Assembly (NCBI GenBank): GCA_044228285.1
Contig: JBGAVD010000002.1
Span: 474,807-538,806 of the forward strand
Length of the DNA: 64,000 nt
DNA from: Chlorobiota bacterium
GTDB lineage: Bacteria; Bacteroidota; Ignavibacteria; Kapaibacteriales; NICIL-2
Direction of reading: 5' to 3'
Of this stretch, positions 1-10,226 are shown piece after piece (position 1 is the stretch's first letter; the number at the start of each line of letters is the position of its first letter). The translations under genes were made by a program, and so were the position numbers. Below the pieces are notes generated by a model that made no database searches, was not told the DNA's origin, and was given only the letters and a program-made list of their open reading frames with translations.

Positions 1-630
1 TTCTTGGTTTGGACCATTGTATTCGGCAAGACTTGAGCCTGGGTACACCCGATTACTTGATCGGTCTTCGCACAATGCCAACACATTTGTTTTCGGAGCA
101 GGCATACTAAACCAGTAGCTTCCAGGACTCTGATCTTCTTTGTGTCCGATAGCATGGATGTGTACGGTGTCTTTGTTGAATACTTCTATGAAGTCGCCAG
201 TGCGCGACAAATTGAAGCAGTTAAAGCTCCACGTATTGCCACTCACAAACTCGACCTGATCGAAGTAGTTGACATCTGCAGCAGCAAGCATTACACGTCC
301 ATCTTGCAGTACGGCATCAGAGTCTGCCGGAGTGTTCGTTGGGTAGTTCCTGTGCCAGATCCCAATAATGGTTCCGGCGCGAACATTCTTCCAGAAGTCA
401 ATGTTCTTGAAACGCACCCCACCTTGACGCGCATTCTGATTCGTGTTGTTATCGCTCACGATCATGCCTCTCATGTCGAGGTTGTCTTGCACAACGATCA
501 ACTCATTCCACTCACCATTGGCTGGATCTGACATGTTATAGTATTCGCTTACCAAGACGCTTTGAGCATGCGTGTTATAACTATAAAGTGAGAGGATGCA
601 GAGACAGACGATGATGTGCAGACGTTTCAT
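1..630 (-). CDS. Secreted lamin-tail-domain (LTD)-like protein, N-terminal 210 aa; the CDS continues past the left window edge
   Basis: Manual translation of the minus strand from ATG at 630-628 gives MKRLHIIVCLCILSLYSYNTHAQSVLVSEYYNMSDPANGEWNELIVVQDNLDMRGMIVSDNN..., open in frame to position 1. It has a signal peptide followed by an SEYY...EW.EL..(D)..L...G pattern typical of bacterial LTD domains. It is not in the ORF track because it is edge-truncated. Confidence 0.55.
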   Translation of the reverse strand, partial: MKRLHIIVCLCILSLYSYNTHAQSVLVSEYYNMSDPANGEWNELIVVQDNLDMRGMIVSDNNTNQNARQGGVRFKNIDFWKNVRAGTIIGIWHRNYPTNTPADSDAVLQDGRVMLAAADVNYFDQVEFVSGNTWSFNCFNLSRTGDFIEVFNKDTVHIHAIGHKEDQSPGSYWFSMPAPKTNVLALCEDRSSNRVYPGSSLAEYNGPNQE

Positions 631-736
631 ATGCGTTCTAAATGAGGTCGAGAAAATGACAATACAATCTTGAACTTTCAGAGTCAACGTCAATTCAGAT
701 TGATTGTCAATCGTTTATTGAGCCATACAAACAAAA

Positions 737-824
737 CAGGGCAGGACGGTGATGAACACAGTGCCTGCCCTGAACTGTCCGTTTGCTCATTGTGTTTGTT
801 TGGCGCAAAGCGCCAAACAAACAC
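737..824 (-). terminator. Two consecutive stem-loops downstream of the 1339-aa gene (candidate intrinsic terminators or transcript-stabilising hairpins)
   Basis: Hairpin 1: cagggcagg (737-745) pairs with cctgccctg (764-772). Hairpin 2: a perfect 15-bp stem, gtgtttgtttggcgc (792-806), loop aaa, gcgccaaacaaacac (810-824). Both lie between the stop at 859 and the next minus-strand start at 630. No clear U-tract follows. Confidence 0.5.
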
Positions 825-858
825 CTGAGTAAGAAGAATCTCTAGAAGATTCAGGACA

Positions 859-3800
859 TTAGTGAATCACAGCCATGCGTTTGCTGAGTACGACGTTGTT
901 GCTCCGCATGTGGATGAAGTAGGTGCCTGTTGGGAGTTCAGAACAATTGAACTGTGCCGTATGGCGTCCTGCCTCTACAAGTCCATTAAACAACTGAGCA
1001 ACAGGACGACCAAGGAAGTCACTCACGAAAATTTCAACTTCACGTGATGCGTCTGATTGATACTGTACACTTGCCACGTTGCTTGCTGGGTTAGGAGTGC
1101 TTTGGTCAAGGCTAAAACCGAATTCAGCCATTTCCAGTACGTCAGTATCTGGAGTGATAACAACCACTGCTGTATCAGAAACCACTGTTCCACAGTCGCC
1201 GATGACGGTACAGGTATAGCGGCCTGCATTCTCGGTAGTTGCTTTCAGCACACTTAGAGAATTTGTTGTGTCGCCGCTAAGTGCCCGACCATTGAAGAAC
1301 CACTGATACTTGAGATTTGTACCTTCCGCAACGATGGAAAGCAAAAGCGTGGAACCTTCAGGTCTCGTTGTCGTTGGGCGAGGCTGCGTGGTGATCGCTG
1401 TGCTTGGAATGATTTGAATTGCACATTCGCGAGCGCTATCCAGACCACAATCATTGCTGAGAATACAGATATAGTTCCCCGCACTAGCTGTTGCGACGAC
1501 GACCTTATAGCTAGAAGAGCTTGCACCAGCCAGCGCTGAACCATTGTACCACCACTGATATGTTGTGTTGAGCGTATCGACAGCAAGCACACTCAGCGTT
1601 GCCGTGTCGCCAATACATTTCTTTGATACACCTGATTGCTGAAGCACATTTGGAGCTGTACCAATGGTTAACAGGGCAGTGGAGCTGAATCCAGTCGCGC
1701 CGTTCGCTGCTTTTACCGTGCATTGATATCTGCCCGTGTCTGCAACACTTACATTGCGCACAATCAACGTGTTCGTTTTCGTTCCTGTATACTTCGTGCC
1801 TTCACTAAGATCTTTGCCAGCTAATGTCCATTGGTAGGTCAAGGCTGCATTGGTAGCTGAGCTCGCACTGAGAGTGAAGGTGGCGTCGGTACCACTGCAG
1901 GCACGGACTGCGCTTGGTTGTTGACTAAAGCTGATATTCGCCGACGCAATGCTTCCCATTGCACTTCTGATTGCACCGCAGGTGGTTACTATGCGACAGT
2001 TGTAATCATTGCCATAGTCTGCTGCACCAATCAAGCGAATGCTGATGGTTGAGGAGCGGCTACCACTGATGCGAGAGTTATCGCTGAGAGGTGTTGTTCC
2101 GCGATACCACTGATAGGTAGCGCCATTCTGTAAGCTTACTTCAACACTGAGTAGAGCGGTCGCTCCATTTGGAACAGCGACGCTCTGTGGTTGACTAACC
2201 ATGGTTAACTCTGGAAGAATCGAGATGAGTGCGTACTTTGAAGCAGTACCAGGACAGCCAGCGCCACCGTTAACGAGACAGCGATACAAGCCACTTGAGC
2301 CGTTGCTGACGTTGGTGATGGTCATAATCGGACCTGTTTGACCGCTCAGAATCTGACCGTCTTTCTCCCATTGGAAGCGAAGTGCTGTGCCATTTGCCTG
2401 TACACTCAAGGTTGCGCTTCCGCCCAGACATGCGTCAAGACTCTTTGGATCTGTGATGATGGTTGCTGGAGTGTTGACATTTACGAAACCAGAGACATCA
2501 AATACTGTTGTTGGACGTTCTGTATCGACAATACGAAGGCGCAAGTTGTTGCCACCTGCAACGTTGTCTGGAATATTCCATGTATAAGTTCCAAGAGCAG
2601 CACTAATTCCGCTTGCGAAAGTTGTGTAGTTAACTCCGTCGCTAGAAATCTGCAGGTCAACGGTATTGATGCCTCGAGCAGCCCAGGTAATGACTGCTGG
2701 TTGTGAGCTACAGAAGCTGGTACCAGCAAGAGTAACTGGGAAGAGCACTTGTGGAGTTGGGAAGATGACTGCGTTATTACCACCACGAGGATTCACGGTT
2801 GAAACTGGTGTCCACACTCCGTCATCATCAATCCAAATCTTCATCACATTGCCAGTGGTAACAGAACGTTGTTCAACACGACGCACTCCGCTCGCTAATG
2901 TATTTGGAATGAGTGTTGCCCACGCGGTGCGCTTGGAATCGATGTTTGTATAGAAGACTGGAGCTGCAGTGATGGAGGTCGCATCGTCTTGAACAAGAGC
3001 AGTGCTCAATGGATTTCCAGTTCCAGATACGTTATCATAAAGACAAATAACTGTCTTTGGATCGCAAGTGCTTGCAGTATCCGAGATTCCAGTAGCATCG
3101 CCAGCTGCGGTAGAAATGTTGAGAGTCTTTGTTGTACCTGTGGTTACAAATCTGGTCTCAATTGCACGGGTAGTATCACGGAAGGTGATGTACCAGTACA
3201 TGTTGTTGCCAGCTGTAAAGCGTGAGTTCGATGATGGTACAAGGTTCATCCACAGGGTCTTCGATGTTTCGCCAGCACCTGTAGTGAATTCAGAATAGCG
3301 ACCAGGCGTTGAAAAGTCGCTGAAGCTGTTCGCCACATAATTGAAGGTATTCGCTGGAGCGTTATAGTGAACGTTCGTACCAGCTGCAAAACCAACTAAG
3401 TTGTTGATTTCAGCAGCAGCTGTGTAATACCGATATGCTGTATTTGGTTGCAAGCCATCCAGACGAACAAGGGCCCATGTAGGGAGGACGATGGAGCGCC
3501 CACCCATGTACTGTGGCATGATCAATTCAGCAACAGTGGGCTGAGCAACAACAACAATACTGCCACTTGTAGCACTGCTGACGTTTGAGCCGTCTGCAGA
3601 AATGACATAGGTACCTGGTGCACTGAAGCTTATGTCGTTAAACGTAACGACACCATTCACCGGATTCATGCTCAATGTTCCGCTCAAAGTACCTGGTCCA
3701 CTGACCTTCGACAAACTAATAGGACCTGGATAGTTCAAATCGGTTGACAAATCAGCGCGTCGAGCTGTTACTGTGATAGTACTCAATGGAACACCAACAA

Positions 3801-4878
3801 AGGCATTCGCTTGAATGGTGCTCATGTTCAAACTCTGAGCTCTAGGAAGAACAGTAAATGCGGCACTCGTAGCAGAACTTAATACATCGCCACTCGTTCT
3901 GCTGATCTGCACTTTTACGTTTGATTCTGCAACGGTGTAGGTTAAACCGCTTAGTGTCAGGGTATTCGTTCCTGCATTCATAGTGCCAGTCAAGGTACCG
4001 AGCAATGATCCAGTACCGCTGAACAGACTCAGTTGAACGCCTGTGTTTTGTGTAACGTTTCGAACTTGGTCTGCATTGCTAAGGGTCTGTACGGTGACGC
4101 TAAACGGTGTGAGCACAGAAGGAATGGCAGGGCTAATGTTCAGAACATTGAACTTCACTGGGACACCTGCGGATGCATCGCTCTGTACACTGATTTCGTC
4201 GAGACGCAATTGTGGTCGACTACCTGAACCGGTGGACCACTGATAGTAGCGCCAGCGAAGTTGTACGTTTGGTTGATTCTCACAAACGGAAGGCAAGGTA
4301 AAGGTTGGCATTGCCTGAGAATGCCCCGCGGTGGAGTTAGACTTGTATTGAACGGTGTCTGTTGCGTTCTGAATTGCAGTCGTCCAAGCATCTGTTGTTC
4401 CTACTCTGTATTGCAGAACGATCGCATAAAAGCGTGTTTGTGGTACGACGGTTCCACCAGTCCAGCTCACGCGAATGTTAACGCGGTTTGTGGTATTCAA
4501 ACCAACAACAGCTGCACCAGCAAATCGAGTTGGAGAATAGAATGAACTCGAAGTGTTTAGATAAGACAATCCATCTACTCCCGATCCGATAAACCTTGCG
4601 CCAGAGGCAATGTTATACGCTGCATCCCAATCTGAATTCATTTCATAGTTCAACACCAAGGGCTCAACAACGGTGAGGGTTGAAGTTGTTGAGTACATAT
4701 GCAAGCGCATGCTTGGCGGAAAAGTTCCCGCAGCATTGGTTGCATCCCATTGGCTGAAGCTGTAGTTGCCTGAACTCAAGTCGAAGGGACTTGGATTGGT
4801 TTGAGCAAAAAGTACTGAGCTAAGAAACGCACTCAGTAAAGTGCATACTGCAAATCGGTAGAGAAAAGACAATCTCAT
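859..4878 (-). CDS. Large T9SS-secreted surface protein with tandem Ig-like domains (adhesin-like)
   Basis: 1339 aa with an ATG start and signal peptide (MRLSFLYRFAVCTLLSAFLSSVLFAQ). The C-terminal half has about 6 repeats carrying Ig-type signatures (YQW...G..L.......L.I..V...D.G.Y.C.V). The C-terminal ~80 aa (STPNPASNVASVQYQ...EIFVSDFLGRPVAQLF...LPTGTYFIHMRS) match the Por_Secre_tail/T9SS CTD pattern. Confidence 0.8.
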   Translation of the reverse strand: MRLSFLYRFAVCTLLSAFLSSVLFAQTNPSPFDLSSGNYSFSQWDATNAAGTFPPSMRLHMYSTTSTLTVVEPLVLNYEMNSDWDAAYNIASGARFIGSGVDGLSYLNTSSSFYSPTRFAGAAVVGLNTTNRVNIRVSWTGGTVVPQTRFYAIVLQYRVGTTDAWTTAIQNATDTVQYKSNSTAGHSQAMPTFTLPSVCENQPNVQLRWRYYQWSTGSGSRPQLRLDEISVQSDASAGVPVKFNVLNISPAIPSVLTPFSVTVQTLSNADQVRNVTQNTGVQLSLFSGTGSLLGTLTGTMNAGTNTLTLSGLTYTVAESNVKVQISRTSGDVLSSATSAAFTVLPRAQSLNMSTIQANAFVGVPLSTITVTARRADLSTDLNYPGPISLSKVSGPGTLSGTLSMNPVNGVVTFNDISFSAPGTYVISADGSNVSSATSGSIVVVAQPTVAELIMPQYMGGRSIVLPTWALVRLDGLQPNTAYRYYTAAAEINNLVGFAAGTNVHYNAPANTFNYVANSFSDFSTPGRYSEFTTGAGETSKTLWMNLVPSSNSRFTAGNNMYWYITFRDTTRAIETRFVTTGTTKTLNISTAAGDATGISDTASTCDPKTVICLYDNVSGTGNPLSTALVQDDATSITAAPVFYTNIDSKRTAWATLIPNTLASGVRRVEQRSVTTGNVMKIWIDDDGVWTPVSTVNPRGGNNAVIFPTPQVLFPVTLAGTSFCSSQPAVITWAARGINTVDLQISSDGVNYTTFASGISAALGTYTWNIPDNVAGGNNLRLRIVDTERPTTVFDVSGFVNVNTPATIITDPKSLDACLGGSATLSVQANGTALRFQWEKDGQILSGQTGPIMTITNVSNGSSGLYRCLVNGGAGCPGTASKYALISILPELTMVSQPQSVAVPNGATALLSVEVSLQNGATYQWYRGTTPLSDNSRISGSRSSTISIRLIGAADYGNDYNCRIVTTCGAIRSAMGSIASANISFSQQPSAVRACSGTDATFTLSASSATNAALTYQWTLAGKDLSEGTKYTGTKTNTLIVRNVSVADTGRYQCTVKAANGATGFSSTALLTIGTAPNVLQQSGVSKKCIGDTATLSVLAVDTLNTTYQWWYNGSALAGASSSSYKVVVATASAGNYICILSNDCGLDSARECAIQIIPSTAITTQPRPTTTRPEGSTLLLSIVAEGTNLKYQWFFNGRALSGDTTNSLSVLKATTENAGRYTCTVIGDCGTVVSDTAVVVITPDTDVLEMAEFGFSLDQSTPNPASNVASVQYQSDASREVEIFVSDFLGRPVAQLFNGLVEAGRHTAQFNCSELPTGTYFIHMRSNNVVLSKRMAVIH

Positions 4879-5608
4879 ACGTTTATCCTAAGAGTGATAC
4901 AATGATTTCGTGTCCCGCGCTAAAAGAGGATTCAATAGATCTGCAAAATTACGCAGGGAATCTACCCGAGCAATGCAGGACATTCATGTTATCAAGGCGT
5001 AAAGGGCTCTCAGTTCCTCTTGCAGCCAGTTAACGCTTCGTCGATGTGGAAAACTTTGACAATTCAGGTGCTTAGGCCGGCTACGACCGCCCAACTTCCA
5101 TGGATGATTTGTAACCAGAGTACAGATCTAAGAGTCGAACACGGCGTTGAATAGGACTACCAAGGCTAGACTGACTTTGAAAACAAAACCACGTCGTGGA
5201 ATTGACGGCTGTAAGCTTAGGTCGATGTAGCGAGGCGCTACCATGAATCGAGAACCAATAGGCTTAAACTGGTTTGTAGCTTCAGTAGGTGGGCTAAGGG
5301 AAAGGTGAAAATAGGATGGACTGGCAATGCCGGAGTTTAAAGAAGGGGGGAGAGGAGTATTTGCCAAGTGAAGGGAGTCAGTATCTTTCTTTCTATGAGC
5401 GAATGTGATCTTGATTGAGAAGGAGTTGTGCGTACAAATGTTGGTTATAACTTCATGGCGCAACGAGGCAGCCTGATAGGGATACACTGGTGTCAGAGCA
5501 TCGTCGAGTTACATGCTGTAAGTTGTGCAGCATACGAGCATGTACTTAGTAGTCTTGGTTGAGTTCAGTGAGACATTCCATTGCCTTCAAAGCAAAACAC
5601 TTGTATAT

Positions 5609-7114
5609 CTATGAATCGAAAAGCAAGCCAAACATGGTTGATTGTTTGAACTGCACTCTACGTGACTGTGTATCATCGTAGCTAAAGTTTGCGATGATAC
5701 TGAGCCCGAAGTACCTCCAGATTTTGATTCTGAGCTCGTTATCCAGTCGCAGCTGCCAGGAGTCCGATCTCAATATGTTCTTGCGCGACTGATACGCTGC
5801 AGAGTAGCTCAGATTGGAATCGAGTGTGAGATTCGCATTGAGGGCGCAGTCGATCGATGCACTTGCTTTGTACCCTTCTTTACTCTCAAGACTCCGCGGA
5901 TCATCAGTACGCTGCCGGTGCTTCTGTGCACGTATCTGCTGCAGATTAGCACCCGCATGTAGCATGAACATACCTGCGGTTGATTGAAGATTGTAGTGAA
6001 ATCCACAGCATTGATCACTTGTGACTGGATCCCATAACGAAGCAATACTCGTCAACGGCTGCTTTGTACTCGCATAGGAGTGTGCAATTGGTGACTTCAC
6101 TGAGCCGCTCACGAAAGGATTTATCATCCAACCCAAAGGTACGATGCAGCGAAGTTCTGCACTAAACTCATTGTCGGTTGCGAGCGCTTTATGCGACTCC
6201 GCCGATTGTGATAGATCTGTATTTGCACCAAGGATTGCCTGCACGACAGCTTGAAGCTCGACGCCGCTCGTCCGCAATTGAGATGTCTGCCGAACGTTTG
6301 CTTTCACATCAACTACTGTCCGCTCGCCACTGAGCCAATCGTAGCTGCTCGATTGTGAGAAGCACATTCCAAGGTTCAGTCTATGGCTCCAATTTGAATC
6401 TGCTTTTGTTGATCTTGAATGAGGTATACTGGTGGTTGTATTATCGTTTGACCTCAGATTGATGGACGTATCACCAGTGTACGGTCCGGATATCAAACAA
6501 CCGATTGCAAGAAGGTAGCTTTTGGATATGGTTGAGACTGGGTCAAGATCAAGAGTCGCCGCTGGACTACGCGCTAGTCCCTCCGTCTCGCATGTGGCGT
6601 AGTTCATTCGCCACAGTGTTTTGATCATCGTGGGGTAGCATACCCTTTCTTTAAACTCATCATCCACCGGTCTGGCATCCTCGCTTGAAATCGCTGAGGA
6701 ATAGGAATCTTCGACTTGAATCTCTGGACTGTGAGTTCTCGACTGCACTGCATTCCATATCGATGCAGCTGAAGAAGCGGCTTTCCGAAGCCTAGAAAAA
6801 CCTGCTCTATAGTCAAACGCTGAAGTAGCTATACGTGTCCAAGCGCTCGAGTGCCGATGTGACTCAGCCGTTGCGGATGCTCTACCATACTCACTAAGGG
6901 TATTCAGTGCCATCGCGGGGAGTTTTGATTGTTCTCCTGAAGGGATTGATGGCTTGAGCTCGCAAGACCCGAGCACTCTCTCAGAACTTGGTTGGTTGCA
7001 AGCAAAGACGATGCAGAAGAACGCAAGACTGTAGTATGATAGCGCGGTGCAGCTGTTGCAACGACAAGCATCCATCTTTTTGGTTCGCAAGGCGTACTCT
7101 GATGTGGTCCGCAT
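5609..7114 (-). CDS. Putative outer-membrane beta-barrel protein (DUF3078-like); start uncertain
   Basis: Long ORF. The track start at 7135 is TTG; in-frame ATGs are at 7114 and 7075. The N-terminus is hydrophobic and lipobox-like (FFCIVFACNQ). Alternating polar/hydrophobic strands run to an OMP-type C-terminus (VQFKQSTMFGLLFDS). The family assignment is recalled from memory only. Confidence 0.45.
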   Translation of the reverse strand: MRTTSEYALRTKKMDACRCNSCTALSYYSLAFFCIVFACNQPSSERVLGSCELKPSIPSGEQSKLPAMALNTLSEYGRASATAESHRHSSAWTRIATSAFDYRAGFSRLRKAASSAASIWNAVQSRTHSPEIQVEDSYSSAISSEDARPVDDEFKERVCYPTMIKTLWRMNYATCETEGLARSPAATLDLDPVSTISKSYLLAIGCLISGPYTGDTSINLRSNDNTTTSIPHSRSTKADSNWSHRLNLGMCFSQSSSYDWLSGERTVVDVKANVRQTSQLRTSGVELQAVVQAILGANTDLSQSAESHKALATDNEFSAELRCIVPLGWMINPFVSGSVKSPIAHSYASTKQPLTSIASLWDPVTSDQCCGFHYNLQSTAGMFMLHAGANLQQIRAQKHRQRTDDPRSLESKEGYKASASIDCALNANLTLDSNLSYSAAYQSRKNILRSDSWQLRLDNELRIKIWRYFGLSIIANFSYDDTQSRRVQFKQSTMFGLLFDS

Positions 7115-7935
7115 GGATTTTATTCGATTCTTCAAATCAAAGTCAGCTGGTGGAGTTACCGAACACTATTCGAATTCTGCATGGATGCTGGATTACCTAT
7201 GTCTTTGATACTATTAACTTGTAGACGTACATCTTGGCTCGAGTCAGAGTGACAGAGATTACTACAAACGCAACGTTGTTCTAGTAAAGGTCGATACATG
7301 ATCAAACGCATAGTAGGCAGACAGGCATATGTATGAGAATCCAAGTCTGACCTACGGTGTATCGAGTTCAAACTCGTCGTTGTCTTTCTTGCCCGAAAAA
7401 TTGCTTTGCACCTGAACAGTTTCATAGAGCTACGTTCATCAGAACACGAGAGGGAGGAAACACATTTGAAGGCGTTGAAGCAGTTTGTTGAAACTACGCA
7501 ACAGGAAGTCCGGGGGATCTGAACTCACTCATGGTTGTATCAGACTTCCTTTATCCTCAAATGATTTCCTCCTTCGCGCTTATCGTGAGATTGTGTGTAC
7601 CAACTACCATTCTACTCACGTACTTTTTGTCTGCGTGTTCTGCTGTTTCAGCATTGTGCGGTGGTTCAGATTGAGAAGTTTCTTCACGCGCCTTGCTGGT
7701 CTGAGCAATTCTCAATACCTGCCGTGTGCAAGTATTCTTCTTTGATACTGGCGATTGCGTGCCTAACGCTTATGCACATTACCTTGTTCATTTTCTCTCA
7801 AGAGTGATGGGCCGTCTTACGCGTTTCGACATACTGATCCGGACGCCTCTATGGTTGTAGCATTCAATGGTTGGTGAAAGGCAGACTCATTCACCATCAG
7901 AGCCTAATGAGGCATTTGTAAGCATTGTCTTACGT

Positions 7936-8538
7936 TCATGGAGCCCGACTTTGATATAGCAGCTGTGCTTGTCGATTGAATACAAGCAGCATGGGAGAGT
8001 CGATTCTAGAGATTGTTGGGCAAAGTGTGCCAACAAAACTCCTCAACACTTCTTCGTTATGCATGTCGAAGAGAGAAGCCTTTCCCCGCATACAGTAACT
8101 GATTTTTCGTACACCACATTTGCGAGCCAGCTGTGCGGAACAACGTCGTTGACGAACACCAATCATATCTGTGCAGATATGTATGATTTCTTTCCGAGAA
8201 CTGGTAGGTGAACCACAAGCCAAAAGACTATCGAAGTACCACGTTCCATTGCTTTTCCAGCTGTTCCACAGATGCACAACGATGGTATCGCTTTTGCTAC
8301 CGCGGATCATATTCATGAGTTCGAAAGGTCCCAGCTTGCGCAGCTTAGGCGCTTGCTCCTTGGTCATAGGAATCAAGTCTAACTGTCGGCGATGCTCGTC
8401 GCTCAGCACCCGGACAAAGTGAGGTCCAAGCTGAGTAACGAGGAAGGATATCGTGAAGACAAGGGCTATCACCATGAGTGATTCAAATCGTAGAAGTCCG
8501 CTCTTTTTGTTGGCTCGATGAGCTAAACGAGAAAACAT
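7936..8538 (-). CDS. Hypothetical membrane-anchored protein, degenerate thioredoxin/TlpA-like fold without CXXC
   Basis: ATG start and one N-terminal TM helix (LMVIALVFTISFLVTQL). The segment TIVVHLWNSWKSNGTW sits where TlpA-like proteins have FWATWCxPC, and PMLLVFNRQAQLLY resembles the C-terminal P..f.ld..G motif. It is the third ORF of a tightly packed cassette. Confidence 0.45.
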   Translation of the reverse strand: MFSRLAHRANKKSGLLRFESLMVIALVFTISFLVTQLGPHFVRVLSDEHRRQLDLIPMTKEQAPKLRKLGPFELMNMIRGSKSDTIVVHLWNSWKSNGTWYFDSLLACGSPTSSRKEIIHICTDMIGVRQRRCSAQLARKCGVRKISYCMRGKASLFDMHNEEVLRSFVGTLCPTISRIDSPMLLVFNRQAQLLYQSRAP

Positions 8539-8539
8539 G

Positions 8540-8896
8540 TCATCGACAGTTGGTGGTCAGATAGTTGATTGCGCGAGCCGTCATTCGTCTCGCATGTAGT
8601 GTGTACGTAATTGTATTCAAGGATCGTTGTGCGAGATGAATTCGCTCTACAGGTCCATCGCAAGTGGAACGATACTGTGTGACGACAAGACGACAAGTAA
8701 GCTCTGAGACCTTTGACAGACAGGTAGCGCTGCTCATCAATTGATTCGTACAAAGATTGAACGACAGCCATGCTTGCATAGGGTGTTCCACTTCGCTAAG
8801 CTTCATGACTGTCGTCAGCTCTTTGGTGTGAATTATCTCTTGTATGCTCTTCGATCTGTACCATACAGTCTTGACATAAGCAATTGCCCGCCTCAC
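8540..8896 (-). CDS. Hypothetical protein (middle ORF of the three-ORF cassette)
   Basis: 118-aa ORF. Its GTG start overlaps the upstream stop by 4 nt (GTGA at 8896-8893). Its stop (8542-8540) lies 1 nt before the ATG of the next ORF (8538). Support comes from packing only; I recognise no motif. Confidence 0.35.
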   Translation of the reverse strand: MRRAIAYVKTVWYRSKSIQEIIHTKELTTVMKLSEVEHPMQAWLSFNLCTNQLMSSATCLSKVSELTCRLVVTQYRSTCDGPVERIHLAQRSLNTITYTLHARRMTARAINYLTTNCR

Positions 8897-9492
8897 TCAG
8901 ATTGCACTGCCTTCTTATCAGAGATGATGTTTGCATTGACTGAAATAACAGTGCATCGCCAAGGCATGTGTTGACATCGTTCAAGGAATGCCCGAAACTT
9001 CTGGATGTTATAGAGTAGGGTTGTATCCCAGTAGTAGAGTATAGTGTAGTCGCTGTTGTCAGCCGTGTTGAGCTGCGGTACTTCGTTGGACTCAAGTAGA
9101 CGAATGTGTGACAAGAAGTCTGATAAGCGTCGTAATTCTTGAGGTTTCGACCAGCGTGGGTTCTGCGCTGTGCTGTCGATGAAACCAGGCACTGATTCAA
9201 AACAACAGTGCTGAGCCAATTGACGTCCGCTGCGATCAAACACTCGATAGAGAGGCATAGTCATTGTATTGTCTCCAGGCTGGTTTTCATCAGAACGCAA
9301 ATCTGTCCTGTCAATGAGATAGCCGTTCTTATGAGCCAGGATCTGCTCTTCCTTCGCGAAGTGTAGAATCTCCGCTCGTGTATAGCCCCGGTTATTCCAT
9401 GGGCGTTGACCGAGTGTCACAAAGTTTAGCCACATCAGGCTAGCTGACAAAATTGCAACTGCACTAAAGACAATTATCAGAACTCTCTTCAT
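8893..9492 (-). CDS. Hypothetical membrane-anchored protein
   Basis: ATG at 9492 (the track start at 9507 is TTG). N-terminal TM helix MKRVLIIVFSAVAILSASLMWL. The rest is soluble, with several Cys (QHCCFES, ERCQHMPWRC). First ORF of the cassette. Confidence 0.45.
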   Translation of the reverse strand: MKRVLIIVFSAVAILSASLMWLNFVTLGQRPWNNRGYTRAEILHFAKEEQILAHKNGYLIDRTDLRSDENQPGDNTMTMPLYRVFDRSGRQLAQHCCFESVPGFIDSTAQNPRWSKPQELRRLSDFLSHIRLLESNEVPQLNTADNSDYTILYYWDTTLLYNIQKFRAFLERCQHMPWRCTVISVNANIISDKKAVQSE

Positions 9493-10226
9493 TATACTAT
9501 ATGTCAATAGGGATTGGTAATGGTCTTGGAATGAGGAGACGCATTAGCGCTCTTGCTGCGAATGCACTCTGTTTATTCTTCTATCAGATATCTCGCAACT
9601 CAGTTGATTCGTTACTACGTTGACGCCGAACTCAATTGACACCGAACTCAATTGACTCGTAACTCTGTCGACTGGTTCACTGCCGACTTGTCACTCAAAA
9701 GCGCTAAGCCTTGGTTTCACTCGCAAACAGATGAGTTCTTCTCGAGTCGAGGTATAGCTCAGGAGACTATTCAACTTTTGTGCTCCGCTTAGTTGTGTGA
9801 TTTGTTTTCAGGTTTGACCCTAGATCTCGTCGACCAATCCTTGAATTCTCATTCAGAAGATCGTCTATTGTTTACATCGTTGATCGTCAAAATCAAGCCC
9901 TCGAGAATTGAAGTTGTTTTCGATGTCCTAGGTCGGAAAAGCTGTTGAATGAAAATGTCTTATAGTGCGCAGAGTGAATTCTTGACCTTAAGACGAGTGT
10001 CCTTCTCATTCTACGATCCGGAGCCCATCTGCTAGCTCGCTCCTGCATTGGCTGATGATACTTTGGTTGACTTATCGTGCTTAAGCTCCATTCTTCAGCC
10101 TCTTTCTTCAGCATCGATACAGAGGATAACTATTCAGTTTCTCCCGATTCATGCTAAGATTGAGTCGATTTGCACCGACCTTTGATGTACCGCGAGCCAG
10201 CAGATTCTGCTCCAGCAAATCGCTCA

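Noticed and set aside
142-531. 129-aa plus-strand ORF from the track
   Set aside because: It lies antisense to a better minus-strand CDS (1-630) that has an ATG start, a signal peptide and LTD-like motifs. The plus-strand translation has no recognisable features.
5128-5487. 119-aa minus-strand ORF in the gap upstream of the Ig-repeat gene; similarly 11044-11445, 7156-7425 and 9893-10114
   Set aside because: They have no recognisable motifs, odd compositions and non-ATG or poorly placed starts. I left them as non-coding but flagged the gaps as a finding.
7498-7552. aggaagtccggggg resembling RNase P CR-I
   Set aside because: It simply forms a local hairpin with gacttcct 40 nt downstream. No other RNase P conserved regions follow.
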